Assembly: GCA_951406725.2 (NCBI GenBank)
Contig: OX597815.1
Span: 105,152,001 to 105,216,000 of the forward strand
DNA length: 64,000 nucleotides
Source: Octopus vulgaris
Taxonomy: Eukaryota
Direction: 5' to 3'
Shown: in pieces, positions 14,686 through 28,980 of the stretch
Layout: each line of letters opens with the position of its first letter
Position numbering within the stretch: the stretch's first letter is position 1
Program-made: the position numbers and the translations under genes
The notes under the pieces: generated by a model
Told to the model about the DNA's origin: nothing
Databases searched by the model: none
The model's input: only the letters and a program-made list of their open reading frames with translations

Positions 14686-15572
14686 TAAGGTGGGTAGGGG
14701 CAGAATGAGGAACTTTGACTTCATTTTTGACCTTGAGAAAAATATACTTTTTACAAATATTCACAACCCTACCATCAAAAACTATATCAGCTAAGCAAAT
14801 AACCTTCTCTAAATGTATTTAAAAACATAACATTCTCTGGACACGATTTCAGAAAACTTGTCACCGTTTTCTTTGAGCATATAAAGTCCAAATTTACGTG
14901 GGGCAAAATGAGTAAACTACGATGAAATAATTTTATTTCTTCAATTCTCTAGAATTACATTTGAAAGCAGACTTATACACATCAATACCCACCCTTATAT
15001 ATCAGAAAGATCAGAGATTCAACAGAAATTTAAGATATTTAGGTCAAATGAAAGAGGATCATGGGGAAAATGGCACATGCTACGAAATTTGACTAAATTA
15101 AAAAGCTCAACATAAAATAAACTGCATAGCTTCTTCACCATGCAGTTAAAGAGAAAAATTATTTAAATTGGTCATTACTCATTTTACTCATTTTTAGGCA
15201 GTATTTTTTAATTTGAAAATTATTAAATTAGGCATTACTGTGTGAAAAATTGACTTGGAATCCAACAGAGAAAAGAATATTGATTGTTAAATAACAAAAA
15301 TTATTCAGATATTATATTAGCAACCACCATTACAATCAGGTCGAAGTTATGTAAAAATTTCTTGAAAATCATGTACCTGTCAGACGACTATGTCCCAAGC
15401 TCAACATCGACAACAACAGTTATGTTGACCAACTGATATTCATAAAGATGATGCATCAGTACAAAATGATGGTGCATTACTTGTAATGTAATGATTTCAA
15501 ACAGGTAGGGGGAAAATAACGAGAAATCAGAAATTACTCATTTCACCCCGGCTACTAATTTTACCTAACCCC

Positions 15573-15575
<3 letters not shown>
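14686..15575. mobile_element. Non-autonomous DNA transposon with GGGGYAAAATGAGTAA-type subterminal inverted repeats
   Basis: ggggcagaatgaggaa (14697) and ggggcaaaatgagtaa (14900) on the left. Inverted ttactcatttcacccc near 15534-15549. TA-flanked. Confidence 0.55.
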
Positions 15576-15634
<59 letters not shown>

Positions 15635-15774
15635 CCCACATATGCATATATATGTAAAGGTAGATGTATTACATATACGTATGAATATATGCATAAAAAA
15701 ATATATATATATATGTGTGTGTGCATGTGTGTGTGTGTGTATGTGTGTTTGTGTGGGTGTGTGTATTATTTATA

Positions 15775-16775
<1,001 letters not shown>

Positions 16776-17353
16776 TTCTGCACACTGTTTCCGCTAGTTA
16801 AACGATTGCAAAAATATATGCGCACATGATACATCTTTAGCACAGAGATAAAGAATCATGGGAAAATATAGCTGAATGTTTATACATCTTATTAAAACTG
16901 GTGATATACGGGAAGCTAATGTATCGAGAATACAAATACACTAAATTTCTGTCTAAAATTCCATTTCAAATACTTTTCCAATCTGTGAAATTGATATTAA
17001 AATATAAAAGTTTCAAATTTAATGATCTCGTAGTAAACAGGATTCAGCACTTCAAGGTAAGTGAGCTCAGTAGAAATGAAAACTATATAATGGTTCCACT
17101 CTCCGTGTATCTTCTAATTTATACTATGGTGTTTATCAACAGAAAATCGTCTTACTCCACGGATGAGATGTCATGGATACATATACGTTTATGAACACTT
17201 GACTACCAACAATAATTTCGTGCACGGCGAAGATTTGAAATACGCATGTAACTATTTCCATATATGTGGAGGAGGTACAGCGTAATTTTATTTTGAAATG
17301 TCTATTTTAGATGTATTTATATAACGTAGAGATAAATTAATATATTCTAACTA

Positions 17354-17393
<40 letters not shown>

Positions 17394-17481
17394 ATAGAAA
17401 GGTTCAAATCAGGCAGACTACAATTGACACATGCATATACGGGTTTAATTAGGAGAAAATGAGAACTGTCCAATCTGAAGG

Positions 17482-17605
17482 GAAGAAGAAGAAGAAGAAG
17501 AAGAAGAAGAAGAAGAAGAAGAAAAAGAAGAAGAAGAAGAAGAAGAAGAAGAAGAAGAAGAAGAAGAAGAAGAAGAAGAAGAAGAAGAAGAAGAAGAAGA
17601 AGAAG
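17482..17605. repeat. (GAA)n microsatellite, about 40 units
   Basis: Read directly. Confidence 0.97.
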
Positions 17606-17619
17606 GCAGAACAAGAAGG

Positions 17620-18450
17620 AATGTAGGTAGTGTGAAAGTAGTAAGGTGTTAAATTGGCACGTTATGGATTATAGCAGTGATTGGGACTGCTTTTTAATGA
17701 ATTCTTGGGAATGTCTTGAGTGTATCATTTTTGATATTTGCGTTTGTATATGTGTTATTCTAAGACCGTGGTAGATATGTTGTTTGTCGTAGACCGGTTC
17801 AAAAGGGGTCTGTATTTTGTAATAAAGAAAGTCTCTTTACTAATTCGTTGGCTCTCGGTTGTATCGTCCCTGAATTGGTAGATGGGGAAAATTCTGAAGT
17901 TTGGATTTTTGTTATTGGCGCAAATATCTATGTGTTGGCTGAATGCTATTTTTCTTTTTGGGGGAATTTTTATCTAGGATCTGTGTAGAGCTATTCTTTT
18001 ACGTAGACTGTTTTTTGTTTGGCCTATATATTGCTCTTCACCCTCAGAGCAGGTTAGTTCGTATATCAGGTTCTCCGAAGCACATGTGAAGTTGCTTTTC
18101 ACTGTGAAACGTTGTCCCTGTTTGAAGGAGAACTCTGATCCCTCAATTAAATAGTCACATATCCCACAGCTGGGTCTTCCGCATTTTTTAACTAACGGCT
18201 TCTGAGTTCTCGAGCGTATTCGGGCTTGTGTTAGGAGACTTTTCATAGATTTGGGCTGTCAGTGCTTTTTTATTATGGTGTGTGTTTAGAGAATTAAGTT
18301 CATTCTATGGTCCTTTTTTAGCAGAGGTATGTTTTGGGTGATGGTGTCTAAGGCTTTATTGTTGAGAGGGTTATGTGTAGAGATGTATTGTAGGGCTTTT
18401 GCTTGTAAGTTTTTCTTTAATTTGGGATGTCTGAGTTCCTGGATGCTGAG
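17620..18450 (-). mobile_element. Penelope-like element 3' part encoding a GIY-YIG endonuclease (disrupted)
   Basis: ORF 17974-18246: CGRPSCGIC...FTCASENLIYELTC...QYIGQTKNSLRKRIALHRS, which is a PLE CxxxxCxxC linker plus NLIY...YIG. Confidence 0.9.
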
Positions 18451-18469
18451 TTTTATATATATATGTATG

Positions 18470-18500
<31 letters not shown>

Positions 18501-18568
18501 TAATATATACATTTATATATATATATATATACACACACACACATGTATATATATAATATATATAATAC

Positions 18569-18599
<31 letters not shown>

Positions 18600-18706
18600 C
18601 ATATATAAATATGTATATATATAAACACAATATATATATATGCATAATGTATACATATATACACACATATATATATATATATACATATATAGGCATATAT
18701 TCATAT

Positions 18707-18775
<69 letters not shown>

Positions 18776-19570
18776 GATATATGTATGTCTCCGTGTGGTC
18801 AAATCATATATGCAAAAAGACTTCTTTACTATTATTATATTTATAAGAATAGAAAAGTGAGCGTCCTTATTTTCCCGCATTACTCGTCATACAAATACTA
18901 TCATACACACAAACGCACACACACACATACACACATGTATGCATGTATGAATCTATGCACACGCATACACATGCGCACACATACACTCACACATAGATAT
19001 ATAGTGTATTTCGGGTAATTGACAAACGCTCATGTGTCAATACTGGATTTCAATAACTTAGATATTAGAGAAAATTAGGAATTTTAAAAAAATCATTGCA
19101 ATTTATAATTCAGCATATAAATCAATACTAGTAATATAATATGATAGCTGAGCAGTTTGATTACAATTCCAGTGGTTTATAATAATCCATTTTTAGGCTA
19201 CTGCGAATGCAGAGAGTCCTCTTACAGTTCATATTACTCGAAAAAGAAAAGTAAAGAGCACGAGAACGAAATTAAGGTAACTTCACTAATTAATAGAAAA
19301 GTCACTCAAAGATAACAGACAAGTAACATGCAAATAGATTTAATGTAGAATTCCAGCCTAGTGAAACAAATACTCGTTGAAACTTTGTAAAGACAAGTAG
19401 AACAAGTATTTTCCTGTACCACATATAATGCATACATAAAAATATGCCGCATATAGATTAATTAAACTTTATAGCAATACATAATTATCTATTATACCTT
19501 CATATACATACACATCGAATATAAAGAACTCATCTATATAATTATACATTCATTGTTCTCTATCTAGTGA

Positions 19571-19729
19571 AGGCGCATGGCTCAGTGGTTAGAGCGTCGA
19601 ACTTACGATCATACGGTTCTGAGTTCGATTACCAGACCGGGCTGCGTGTTGTGTTCTTGAGCAAGATACTCCAGTTAACCCAGCTGTAGAAATGAGTTGC
19701 GACATCACTGGTGCCAAGCCGTATAGGCC
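19571..19729 (+). mobile_element. tRNA-derived SINE family C, 3'-truncated
   Basis: A-box TGGCTCAGTGGTTAGAGC, B-box GAGTTCGATTACC, then tgtgttcttgagcaaga. Other copies at 24742, 43190 and 53757. Confidence 0.8.
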
Positions 19730-22648
19730 AATAATGGTGACAGTGTTACACCCGGTACACTCAGAGATTCTGGTCCGGCTCCAGCCTGAGGATATCCAGA
19801 AAGGGACCACCACACATGGCGTAGATGGAACAAGCAAATTAATGCTGTGGTCATAGAGATTTACTACCTGAGCAGCCCGGTAGATGGAAATGGTGCTCAA
19901 ATTAGGGGCTACCGACAACGTATGTATGATCATTGGGGAGAAAAGGGATCGTTTCAACTCATAGAACAGAGACTATGTGATCAAGCTAAGAAAAAAATTG
20001 TTGGTTCACAGAAGTAGAGCTTGCAGCTATCAAAAGACGGGTCATGGACAATTGCAGCAGAGATAACAATGAAAATACAGTTCTTACTAATAAGAGTAAT
20101 CCCATAGCACAGGAAAGGGCAGTGGTAGTTTACCTGATGAGAGACATATAGATGATCGAAAAGAAGATAATACAACTAATGGCGACATGACAGATGAACA
20201 AAAGGCAATCTACGACAGATAGCGACATTATTTGCAACCTTAAAAACGTTGATCGATGGAAACTGAACCAAGAAACAAAAAATGTCAAGGAAATTCATCA
20301 AAACAAAAGACATCACAGTAACAAATAATTTGATCAAGGCAGCAAGTATTGCTGTAGCAGAAAACGTGGGTGTTGATGTCAAGAAAGAAAAAAAAAACAT
20401 AATGGGAGTGAAACAAGAAAAGATCTATGGTGGAAAAGAAGAATCAACGTAGGGTTAGACATGCTCTGTGTTAGACCGAAAAGAGAAAGGGGAAATTAAA
20501 AGCGAACAAAAATACATGGCGCTAAAAAGGAAGTCTAATATTGAAAGAAAGGGACTGAAAGTAGTAGTGGAGGAACTAAAAGAGCGCCCCGTTGCAAAGA
20601 ATGTAAAGGTGGTAAGATACGACCAAAGAATGAAGGATTACCACCAGAATAGGTTATTCACAGTAGATCAGAAGAGATTCTATAAAGAAATAAATGGAGA
20701 TTGTACAGATAAAATGTTGATACCAAATAACATTGAAAGTCAAAGGTTTTAGAGTGGCGTCTGGAGCAAAGACAAGGAGCACAAGAAGGATGCTGAATGG
20801 TTGCAAGAACTGAAACAAACAGTAGTCTGTCCAAAACAGGCAGAACTAGTCATTTCAGTTAGGGAAGTGAAGGAAATCAGCAAAAAAATGTGCAACTGGA
20901 AGGCCCCGGGGCCAGATGGAGTTCAAGGCTACTAGATCAAAAGATTTGGTGAATGTCATGCTCGAATAGCTGCGCAACTCAACACCTTGTAAAATGCCGA
21001 CCAAGTAACACCAGAGTGGTTGACATTGGGTGGGACAGTGCTGTGCCTGAAAAACATCGAAAAAGGCAATACATTCCGATATCCTGTTTGCCACTTATGT
21101 GGAAGTTGTTGGCTGGAATACTCGCAGTCAATGTGCGAATATCTGTTAAAAAAATTGAGTCCTGCCACATAGGCAGAAGGGTTGCAAGCGTAAGTGCAGA
21201 GGTACCAAGTATCAACTCCTGACAGACAAAACTGTACTTAGAGACTGCAAGAGGAGGAAAAGTATTTTAGCCTTGTCATGGTTTGACTATCGTAAGGCGT
21301 ACGATATGATCCCACATTCTTGAATTATGGAGTGTATGAACCTATTTGGTATTGCAACGAATGTTGAGCGATTGCTTGGAAAACGTATGATGAATTGGAG
21401 GACGATATACGGGAGAAGCTTAGGGATAGTAGAAATTAGGAGGGGCATCTTCCAAGAGGACTGCCTGTCCCCACTGATCTTTGTACTGTGTTTGATACCA
21501 CTAATACTGATTCTGATGAAAGCAAATGCTGGGTATGCATTCAAAAGATTTAGGGTGGAGTACTTGCTCAAACTGAGACTGATCCTTAAGTCGAAATTAA
21601 ATGAGCGGAATAAGATCGAAGCTATCAACTCCTGTGCAGTTTCACTCCTTAGATATAGAGCAGGGGTAGTCGCATGGACAGTAGACGAAGTAAACAACTT
21701 ACACAGAAAGACAAGGAAGTTGCTAAGTAGATATGGGTCACTCCACCCAAAAAGTGATACAGACAGACTGTATGTACCAAGAAAAAGAGGGGTAAGAAGA
21801 CTTATTGGATGCGAACACAGCATTAACGCAGAAGAAAATAACATAGCATGTAAAAAAAATGCCACATAACCGCTATTATTAGAAGGTCAGGCTTGTGTAG
21901 GATGAAAATAGGTGGGTAAAGAAAAGAATGCATGGTCAATTTCAGAAGGGTGTTGAAGATAAGACAGACATAGAGAAAAGATGGCTGTGGATGACTAAAA
22001 GTGATTTAAAACCGAAAACGGAGGCTCTAATCTGTGCTTCCCAAGAGCAAGCACTAAGAACAAACTACATAAAATGCAGAATAGACAACGCAGCAGAAAG
22101 TGATAAGTGCAGAAATTGTGGCCAAAACGGTGAAACCGTATGGCATATTGCCAGCCAATGTGCGCCACTAGCCCAGAAGGAATATAAGGGACGCCACGAC
22201 AATATAAGCAGGCTTGTCCCTTGGACACTTTGCAACAAGTATGGACTTGACAGAGCAAAAAATTGGTAAAAAATAAAACGACTACGATCCTGAAAGCATC
22301 GTCGAAAATAGAACTGCAAAGATCCTATGGGATTTTATGTTTCAATTCGACCATGAGATAGAGAATAGGAAGCAGGATATATCTTAATTGAGAAAGACAA
22401 CAAACTATGCTGGATCATAGATATAGCATGCCCAGCTGACAACAAGGTATGCGACAAGGAAGAAAGAAAAGTCGAGAGATATGACAGGTTAGCTTCGGAA
22501 ATTAAGCAGTTGTGGTCGATGAAAACGGTAGCAGTAGTACCAGTAATTGTCGGAGCCCTGGGAACAGTGAGCAAAAATCTCGAGAAGTACGTGGAACAAA
22601 TAAGAGTTGCAATAAGGGTGGGCACTTGCAGATAATAATAATAATATT
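19730..22648 (+). mobile_element. R4/Dong-clade non-LTR retrotransposon (RT plus restriction-like endonuclease), degenerate and internally deleted
   Basis: [46 protein letters not shown]; CCHC knuckle CRNC...HIASQC followed by RHDNI; endonuclease KILWDF...RKQDII...IIDIACPAD...KVERY. (TAA)n-like sequence at both ends. Confidence 0.92.
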
Positions 22649-22663
22649 CAAATGAAATATATC

Positions 22664-22865
22664 GGTTTCGAAGTTTTTGAGCAAGGCCAGCAATTTCGAA
22701 GGATGGGTAAGTTGACCACGTCTGCAGCAGTGCGCAATTTGTACTCATTTTATGTAATCTTAAAGGATGAAAGGCAATGCCGCCATCGGTGGAATTTGAA
22801 TTTAGAATGTAAAGACGGACGAATAGCTGCTAAGCATTTGAACTGGCGTGCTAATAATTCTGCGC
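22664..22865 (-). mobile_element. SINE family A, degenerate
   Basis: aaggatgaaaggca...gtggaatttgaatttagaa...ggcgtgctaataattctg. Confidence 0.75.
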
Positions 22866-23544
22866 GTGTGCGTCCGTGTATTAGAGAGACAGAGATAGAA
22901 TTGAGATTGTTTCCGAAAGTTATAAGGTAATTGAAAAAATATTGAATTATTGAGTTATCACACAAATGGTGCAATACAGACAATTTTCAATACAGACAAT
23001 TTTCTCTCATAATCTGCATACCTATCAACCTAACGACTTACGTTACCTGAATATCTTTCCCCGACCTACCTTACTCCTTGCTGGAAATTTCTTAAATCCA
23101 GCATTAAATGTAATCATAATGTGACCTTTTGACGGCAATTTAAATCTGTTGCTTATTTAAATATTTTTTGTTTTGTTTACTTCCTAACACCAGTATGGTG
23201 TGAGAGTCGACTAAATTAATAATGAATGAAAAGAATTATAAATCTTAATCTGTGTATTTGTAAATATATGTGAGGATGGAGGAGAATGTTTATATATGTG
23301 CATAGGCAACCATGAAAATAAATCCATACCAGTATTTCGCGCAATTAACTGAGTAGATTACAGCAATATCTCAGTGAATGCCAAGCGCAGTTAAATATTA
23401 AAACAGTTAACATAAAAACCCTATATATTTCACCAGATAATTATCTACAAGCGCAAACAACAGGCAGATAGACTTTAGATTCATCTCAACAATCTTAAAT
23501 CGAGTATTTAAATATTTACGCTAGAACACAGAACACGTGCACCT

Positions 23545-23605
<61 letters not shown>

Positions 23606-24284
23606 ACAGATACTGTAAATTACATGTGCTATTACATGTACTCAAGGCACGTTCTCGTGCGAAATATATTTATTACAATATTATAGGAACAAATATATAC
23701 CGTAAGAAATATATATTTATATATAATGTATGTATCTCCCAAAGGAAAGGTTAAAAAATCCTTTCCGTGCCATAGGCTCCTAGGGACGTTACACGTATTC
23801 TGGAGTTTATATGTTCATTTTCTGGACGGAAAGACGGTACGTCGTAAGACTACTGGATGGAAGCAACATGAAATGAAGTGTTTTGCCGAGAAGACAAAGC
23901 ATCGTCCAACGAAAGAATGGAAATCTTACGGACATGAATGCCGCACTCTAAAAACTGTTCCACGAGGCTACACACACACACACACACACACATTCACATT
24001 ACAAGCTCAGCGGAAGTGAGTCATAATGTAATTTGATAAATCTAACCCCAACCAAATATATTCACTGTAAATGTCTTGCATTTGTCCTCACACTCCTATA
24101 TATATATATGTGCATGTGTGTATATGAATGCATGGATTTATATATATATATGTGTGGATCGATATCAAAATACGCACACACACACATATATATATACATA
24201 CATAAAAACATATATATATATTTTTCTATATATGTATTTATATTTATATATAAGTACATATATTTATATATAAGTACATTTATA

Positions 24285-24577
24285 TCACCGTGACCGACCA
24301 GGCTATCAGATGTTGCTATACATAGCTGGTCACAATGCGCTTCGCATTGTTTTAGCCTTCAAATGTTGACTAAGCGAGCAGGCCAACACAAGAAAGAGTG
24401 AGAGAAAGTTACGGCGAAAAAGTACAGCAGGGATCCCCACCACCCCCTGCCGGAGCCTCGTGGAGCTTTCGGTGTTGTCGCTCAATAAACACTCACAACA
24501 CCCGGTCTGGTAATCGAAACCGCGATCCTCCGACCGCGAGTCCGCTGCCCTAACCACTGGGCCATTGCACCTCCACT
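24285..24577 (-). mobile_element. tRNA-derived SINE family D
   Basis: Minus strand has TGGCCCAGTGGTTAGGGC (A-box) and GGTTTCGATTACC (B-box). Homologous to 31738-32105. Confidence 0.82.
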
Positions 24578-24741
24578 ATATGTTTATATATACATACATA
24601 TATATAAATGTATATATACTTATATATATACACGCATACATATATATTTATATACATATACATAAATACTTATATATATTTCTATATATAAACATACATA
24701 CATGTGTGTGTGTGTATATATATATATATACATACATAGGG

Positions 24742-24975
24742 AAGGCTCATGGCTAAGTGGTTAGAGCTTCAAGCTGACGGTCGTGAGGTTGTGTGTTTTG
24801 TTCCCGAACCGGACTGCGTGTTGCGTTCTCGGGCAAGACACTTTATTTCATGTTCCTCCAATTCAGTCTACTGTAGAAATGATTTGCGACGTCACTCGTG
24901 TCAAGCTGTATCGGCCTTTGCCTTTCTTTTAGACAACATCAGTGGCGTGGAGATGGGAGGTTGGTATGCATGCCA
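24742..24975 (+). mobile_element. SINE family C
   Basis: atggctaagtggttagagc head, and the body matches the 19571 and 53757 copies. Confidence 0.75.
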
Positions 24976-25172
24976 AATTTAATTCAACCTTTTTAGATTT
25001 TCCTTTGGGGCTGGCCAGGTCGGAGCAATCTTAAGATTAATCAGCCGAAATTACGAAGATGATCGGGTTCTTGACTGAAGATTGAAGGCTTCGAATGTCC
25101 CGTCCGTGCTTTTTGTGTCGTCTTCTAAATGTTTCACGTTCTTGTCCCAGTTGTATTTTTTTACTTTTAAAC

Positions 25173-25244
<72 letters not shown>

Positions 25245-25269
25245 GCATATTTATATTTATATATATGCA

Positions 25270-25319
<50 letters not shown>

Positions 25320-25799
25320 TGTATGCATATGTGTTTGTGTGTATAAAAAGTTTGAATTACATTTCGTCCTTTAATTTGGAGGATTCCAAAAGAGATTTCT
25401 AATATAACTTCTCCGTATTCGCTGATAGCTTACTGGCGTAAGTATACGAATATGAAAATAATACTTGTATATGTTGTGTTGTGAATTTATGGAAAGGAAT
25501 CCCATAAAATTAAACAAATGTGTTTAAAATGGAGAAGAGAAGATGTTGAAATATGAGAGAATTTTAATTGATGCAAATGATCGTTTCGAACAGCGGTATG
25601 AGAAACAAACAAATTCATGATTAAATAGAAATAACTGAATTGATTAAATTAATTTCATTATATATCACTGTACTCATTAGTGCAAGTAGTATATGCAGAA
25701 TTTTTTTTTACAAAAGACTTCATAGAGCAAAGTAGGATTTATACTTATGGGACACAAAGAAGAGTTGTGACTCCAATTCATATATATATATATATTCAT

Positions 25800-26360
25800 G
25801 TGAGATTAACAGCGGACCTTGAAGCAATCCAGAGAAGATTCACAAAGAAGATCGTCTCTTTGCAACAGCTCAGCTACTGGGAAAGGTTGAAATAGCTAAG
25901 ACTCTACTCCCTGGAGAGAAGACGGGAGAGGTATGCAGTAATATATATCTGGAAGATCCTGGAAGGAATTGTGCCAAATTTTGGCATTGAAAGCTACACC
26001 AATGCTAGAACGGGACGATACTGCATGGGGCCAAAGATCCCAGCAATGCCATCACGCTTCAGGACCAGTTACTGCAACACCCTGGGTTTCAATGGCCCAC
26101 AGCTTTTTAATGTTCTCCCAAAGACTCTGAGGAACTTGCACAAAGTAGATGTAGCGGTTTTTAAATCAAAGCTGGACCTCTTCCTGTCGAGAGTCTCAGA
26201 TGAGCCTACCTCACGGCAAGAGGTGCAAATGATGGTAGCTATATCAAACTCCATACTTCATCAAATGCCACATATTAGAGGAGACTCCTAGTAGTAACAG
26301 TGTAGCGCAAAACGGCGGTAAATCAGCATGGCCGCAGCTCTGAGCTGAAACTTTAAATTA
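25800..26360 (+). mobile_element. LINE family A 3' fragment
   Basis: [12 protein letters not shown]...LSYWERLK, PNFGIESYTNARTGR, FKSKLDLFLSRV. Tail cagcatggccgcagctctgagctgaaac. Confidence 0.9.
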
Positions 26361-26510
26361 AAAAAATATATATATGTATATTTATATATATATTTTATAT
26401 ATATATGTATATATATATTCATATATATAAATATATCCATATATATAGATTTATACATATATTTATGTATATATATATTTATATATATATTTACACACAC
26501 ACACACACGC

Positions 26511-26550
<40 letters not shown>

Positions 26551-26579
26551 ATATAAAAATTCATCTATATATATTTACT

Positions 26580-27165
26580 GGATTACTGCTCCCAGCTATA
26601 GTCACCCAACAGTGTGAAATTAACAGCGGACCTTGAAGCTATCCAGAGAAGATTCACAAGAAGATTGTCTCTTTGCAACTGCTCAGCATCTGGGAATGGC
26701 TGAAACAGCTAAGACTTTACTCCCTGGAGAGAGAGCGGGAGAAATATGCAGTAATATACATCTGGAAGTTCTTGGAAGGAATTATGTCAAATTTTGACAT
26801 TGAAAGCTACACCGATGCCAGAACGGCATGACACTGCATAGTGCCAAAGATCCTAGCAGCGCCATCGTGCTTCAAAACCAGTTACTGCAACAGCCTGGGT
26901 TTCAGGGGCCCACAGCTTTTTAATATTCTCCCAAAGAAACTGAGGAACTTGCACAAAGTAGTTGTAGGCGTTTTTAAATCAAAGCTGGAGCTCTTCCTGT
27001 CGAGAGTCCCAGATGAACCTACCTAACGGCAAGAGGTGCAAATGAGGGTAGCTACATCAAACTTCATTCCACATTAACTGCCACATAATGCAGGAGGGTC
27101 TCTGTAATAACAGTGTAGCAAACCTGTGGTGCATCAGCATGGCCGCAGCTTTGAGCTGAAACTAC
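26580..27165 (+). mobile_element. LINE family A 3' fragment (second adjacent copy)
   Basis: Collinear with 25800-26360 and has the same tail. A third shard lies at about 27320-27425. Confidence 0.9.
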
Positions 27166-27166
27166 A

Positions 27167-27207
<41 letters not shown>

Positions 27208-27233
27208 TTTATTTACACACACACACACATATA

Positions 27234-27315
<82 letters not shown>

Positions 27316-27524
27316 TAAGACACTGCAATAGTCTGGTCTTCAGAAATTCACACCTCTACAATGTCCTCCCGAAAGACCTAAGAGGCCTGCATGGGATGGA
27401 TATAGGTGTCTTTAAATTTAAATTAACACAGGCAAAAAGTATATATATTTATATCTCTCTCTCTCTCTCTCTCTCTGTATATGTATATATATATTATATA
27501 CATATTAGAGGGATGCTGAAGCTC

Positions 27525-27850
27525 TACTTTATTCTTTGTAAGCCTAGTATTTATGCTAACGTTTGCTATTGCCGAACTGCTAAGTTACGGGGACATAAAC
27601 ACACCAACATAGGTTGTCCAACGATGCTGGGGGACAAACACAGACACACAACATCTACACACACACATATACACACATATATATTTACGATAACTTCTTT
27701 CAGTTTCCATTTACCAAATCCACTCACAAGGCTTTGGTCAGCCCGAGGCTATAGAAGACACTTGCCCAAGGTGCCACGCAGAGGGACTGAACCCGAAACC
27801 ATGTGGTTGGTAAGCAACCTACTTACCATACAGCCACTCCTCCGCCTATG
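27525..27850 (-). mobile_element. SINE family B (tRNA head, CORE-like segment, internal microsatellite)
   Basis: Minus strand reads tggctgtatggtaag...ggttcagtccc...ACCTTGGGCAAGTGT. Matches 42345-42700. Confidence 0.82.
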
Positions 27851-28128
27851 TACGCAACATACCCATCTGTCTGTCTATCTATCCGTCTATGTGTCTCTCT
27901 ATGTCTCTGTCTCTCAGTCTCTCTATCTAGCATCGACTCCTCTTGTGGGACACACAAAAACTAGTACAGGAGTATCCGGTGGTGCAGACGTATCTCGTCA
28001 GGTGATAATAGATAATAAAAACCTCGTTAAAATGACATTTCGATAATGTAACTTTCCATTTTGTAGAGAGAAAAGCAGCTAAACGGAGGGAAATTCTTCA
28101 TATATATAGAGGATCCAAAAATAAAATT

Positions 28129-28556
<428 letters not shown>

Positions 28557-28774
28557 CTTATTTGTATTATAAATTTACGGTAAAAATATTCCTTTACTTT
28601 CATCCGTTTAATACAATAAATGAGTTAATTGCATTGCAATTAAAAACATTTATGTATCAAGAATCTGTGTACTTTACCAACAGTATATTGGATAAATGCT
28701 ATCCCATAGTGGGTTACACCCATAACCCCTATCCTTCTTTGTACTATATATATATATATATATAATTTTATCTA

Positions 28775-28980
28775 ACACTTGTTTTAGTCACTGGACTGCA
28801 GCAGCAATACTGGGGCATCACCTTGAATGGTTTAGACGGAAAAATTGCCTCTAGTACTTATTTTTAACGTTTGGTAATTATTCTATCGCGTTTTTTCTTC
28901 TTTTACCTAGCAGCTAAATTACAGAAACGTGTACAACACCAGTTTTAAAATTGTGGTGGGAGGACAAACAGCATCACAAA
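28775..28980 (-). mobile_element. SINE family B 3' half, degenerate
   Basis: tagtcactggactgcagc...tagtacttatt...tattctatcg resembles 42350-42510. Confidence 0.6.

Noticed and set aside
19571-19640. tRNA-like sequence with A and B boxes (also 24500-24577 and 31745-31810)
   Set aside because: Runs into multi-copy SINE bodies and has no clean cloverleaf, so these are SINE heads rather than tRNA genes.
25069-25105. CTGAAGA...CGAAT hammerhead-like string
   Set aside because: GAAA is broken and stem I cannot be paired, so it is too degenerate to support.
27126-28046. 306-aa ORF
   Set aside because: Chimeric read-through of microsatellite, a LINE shard and an antisense SINE.
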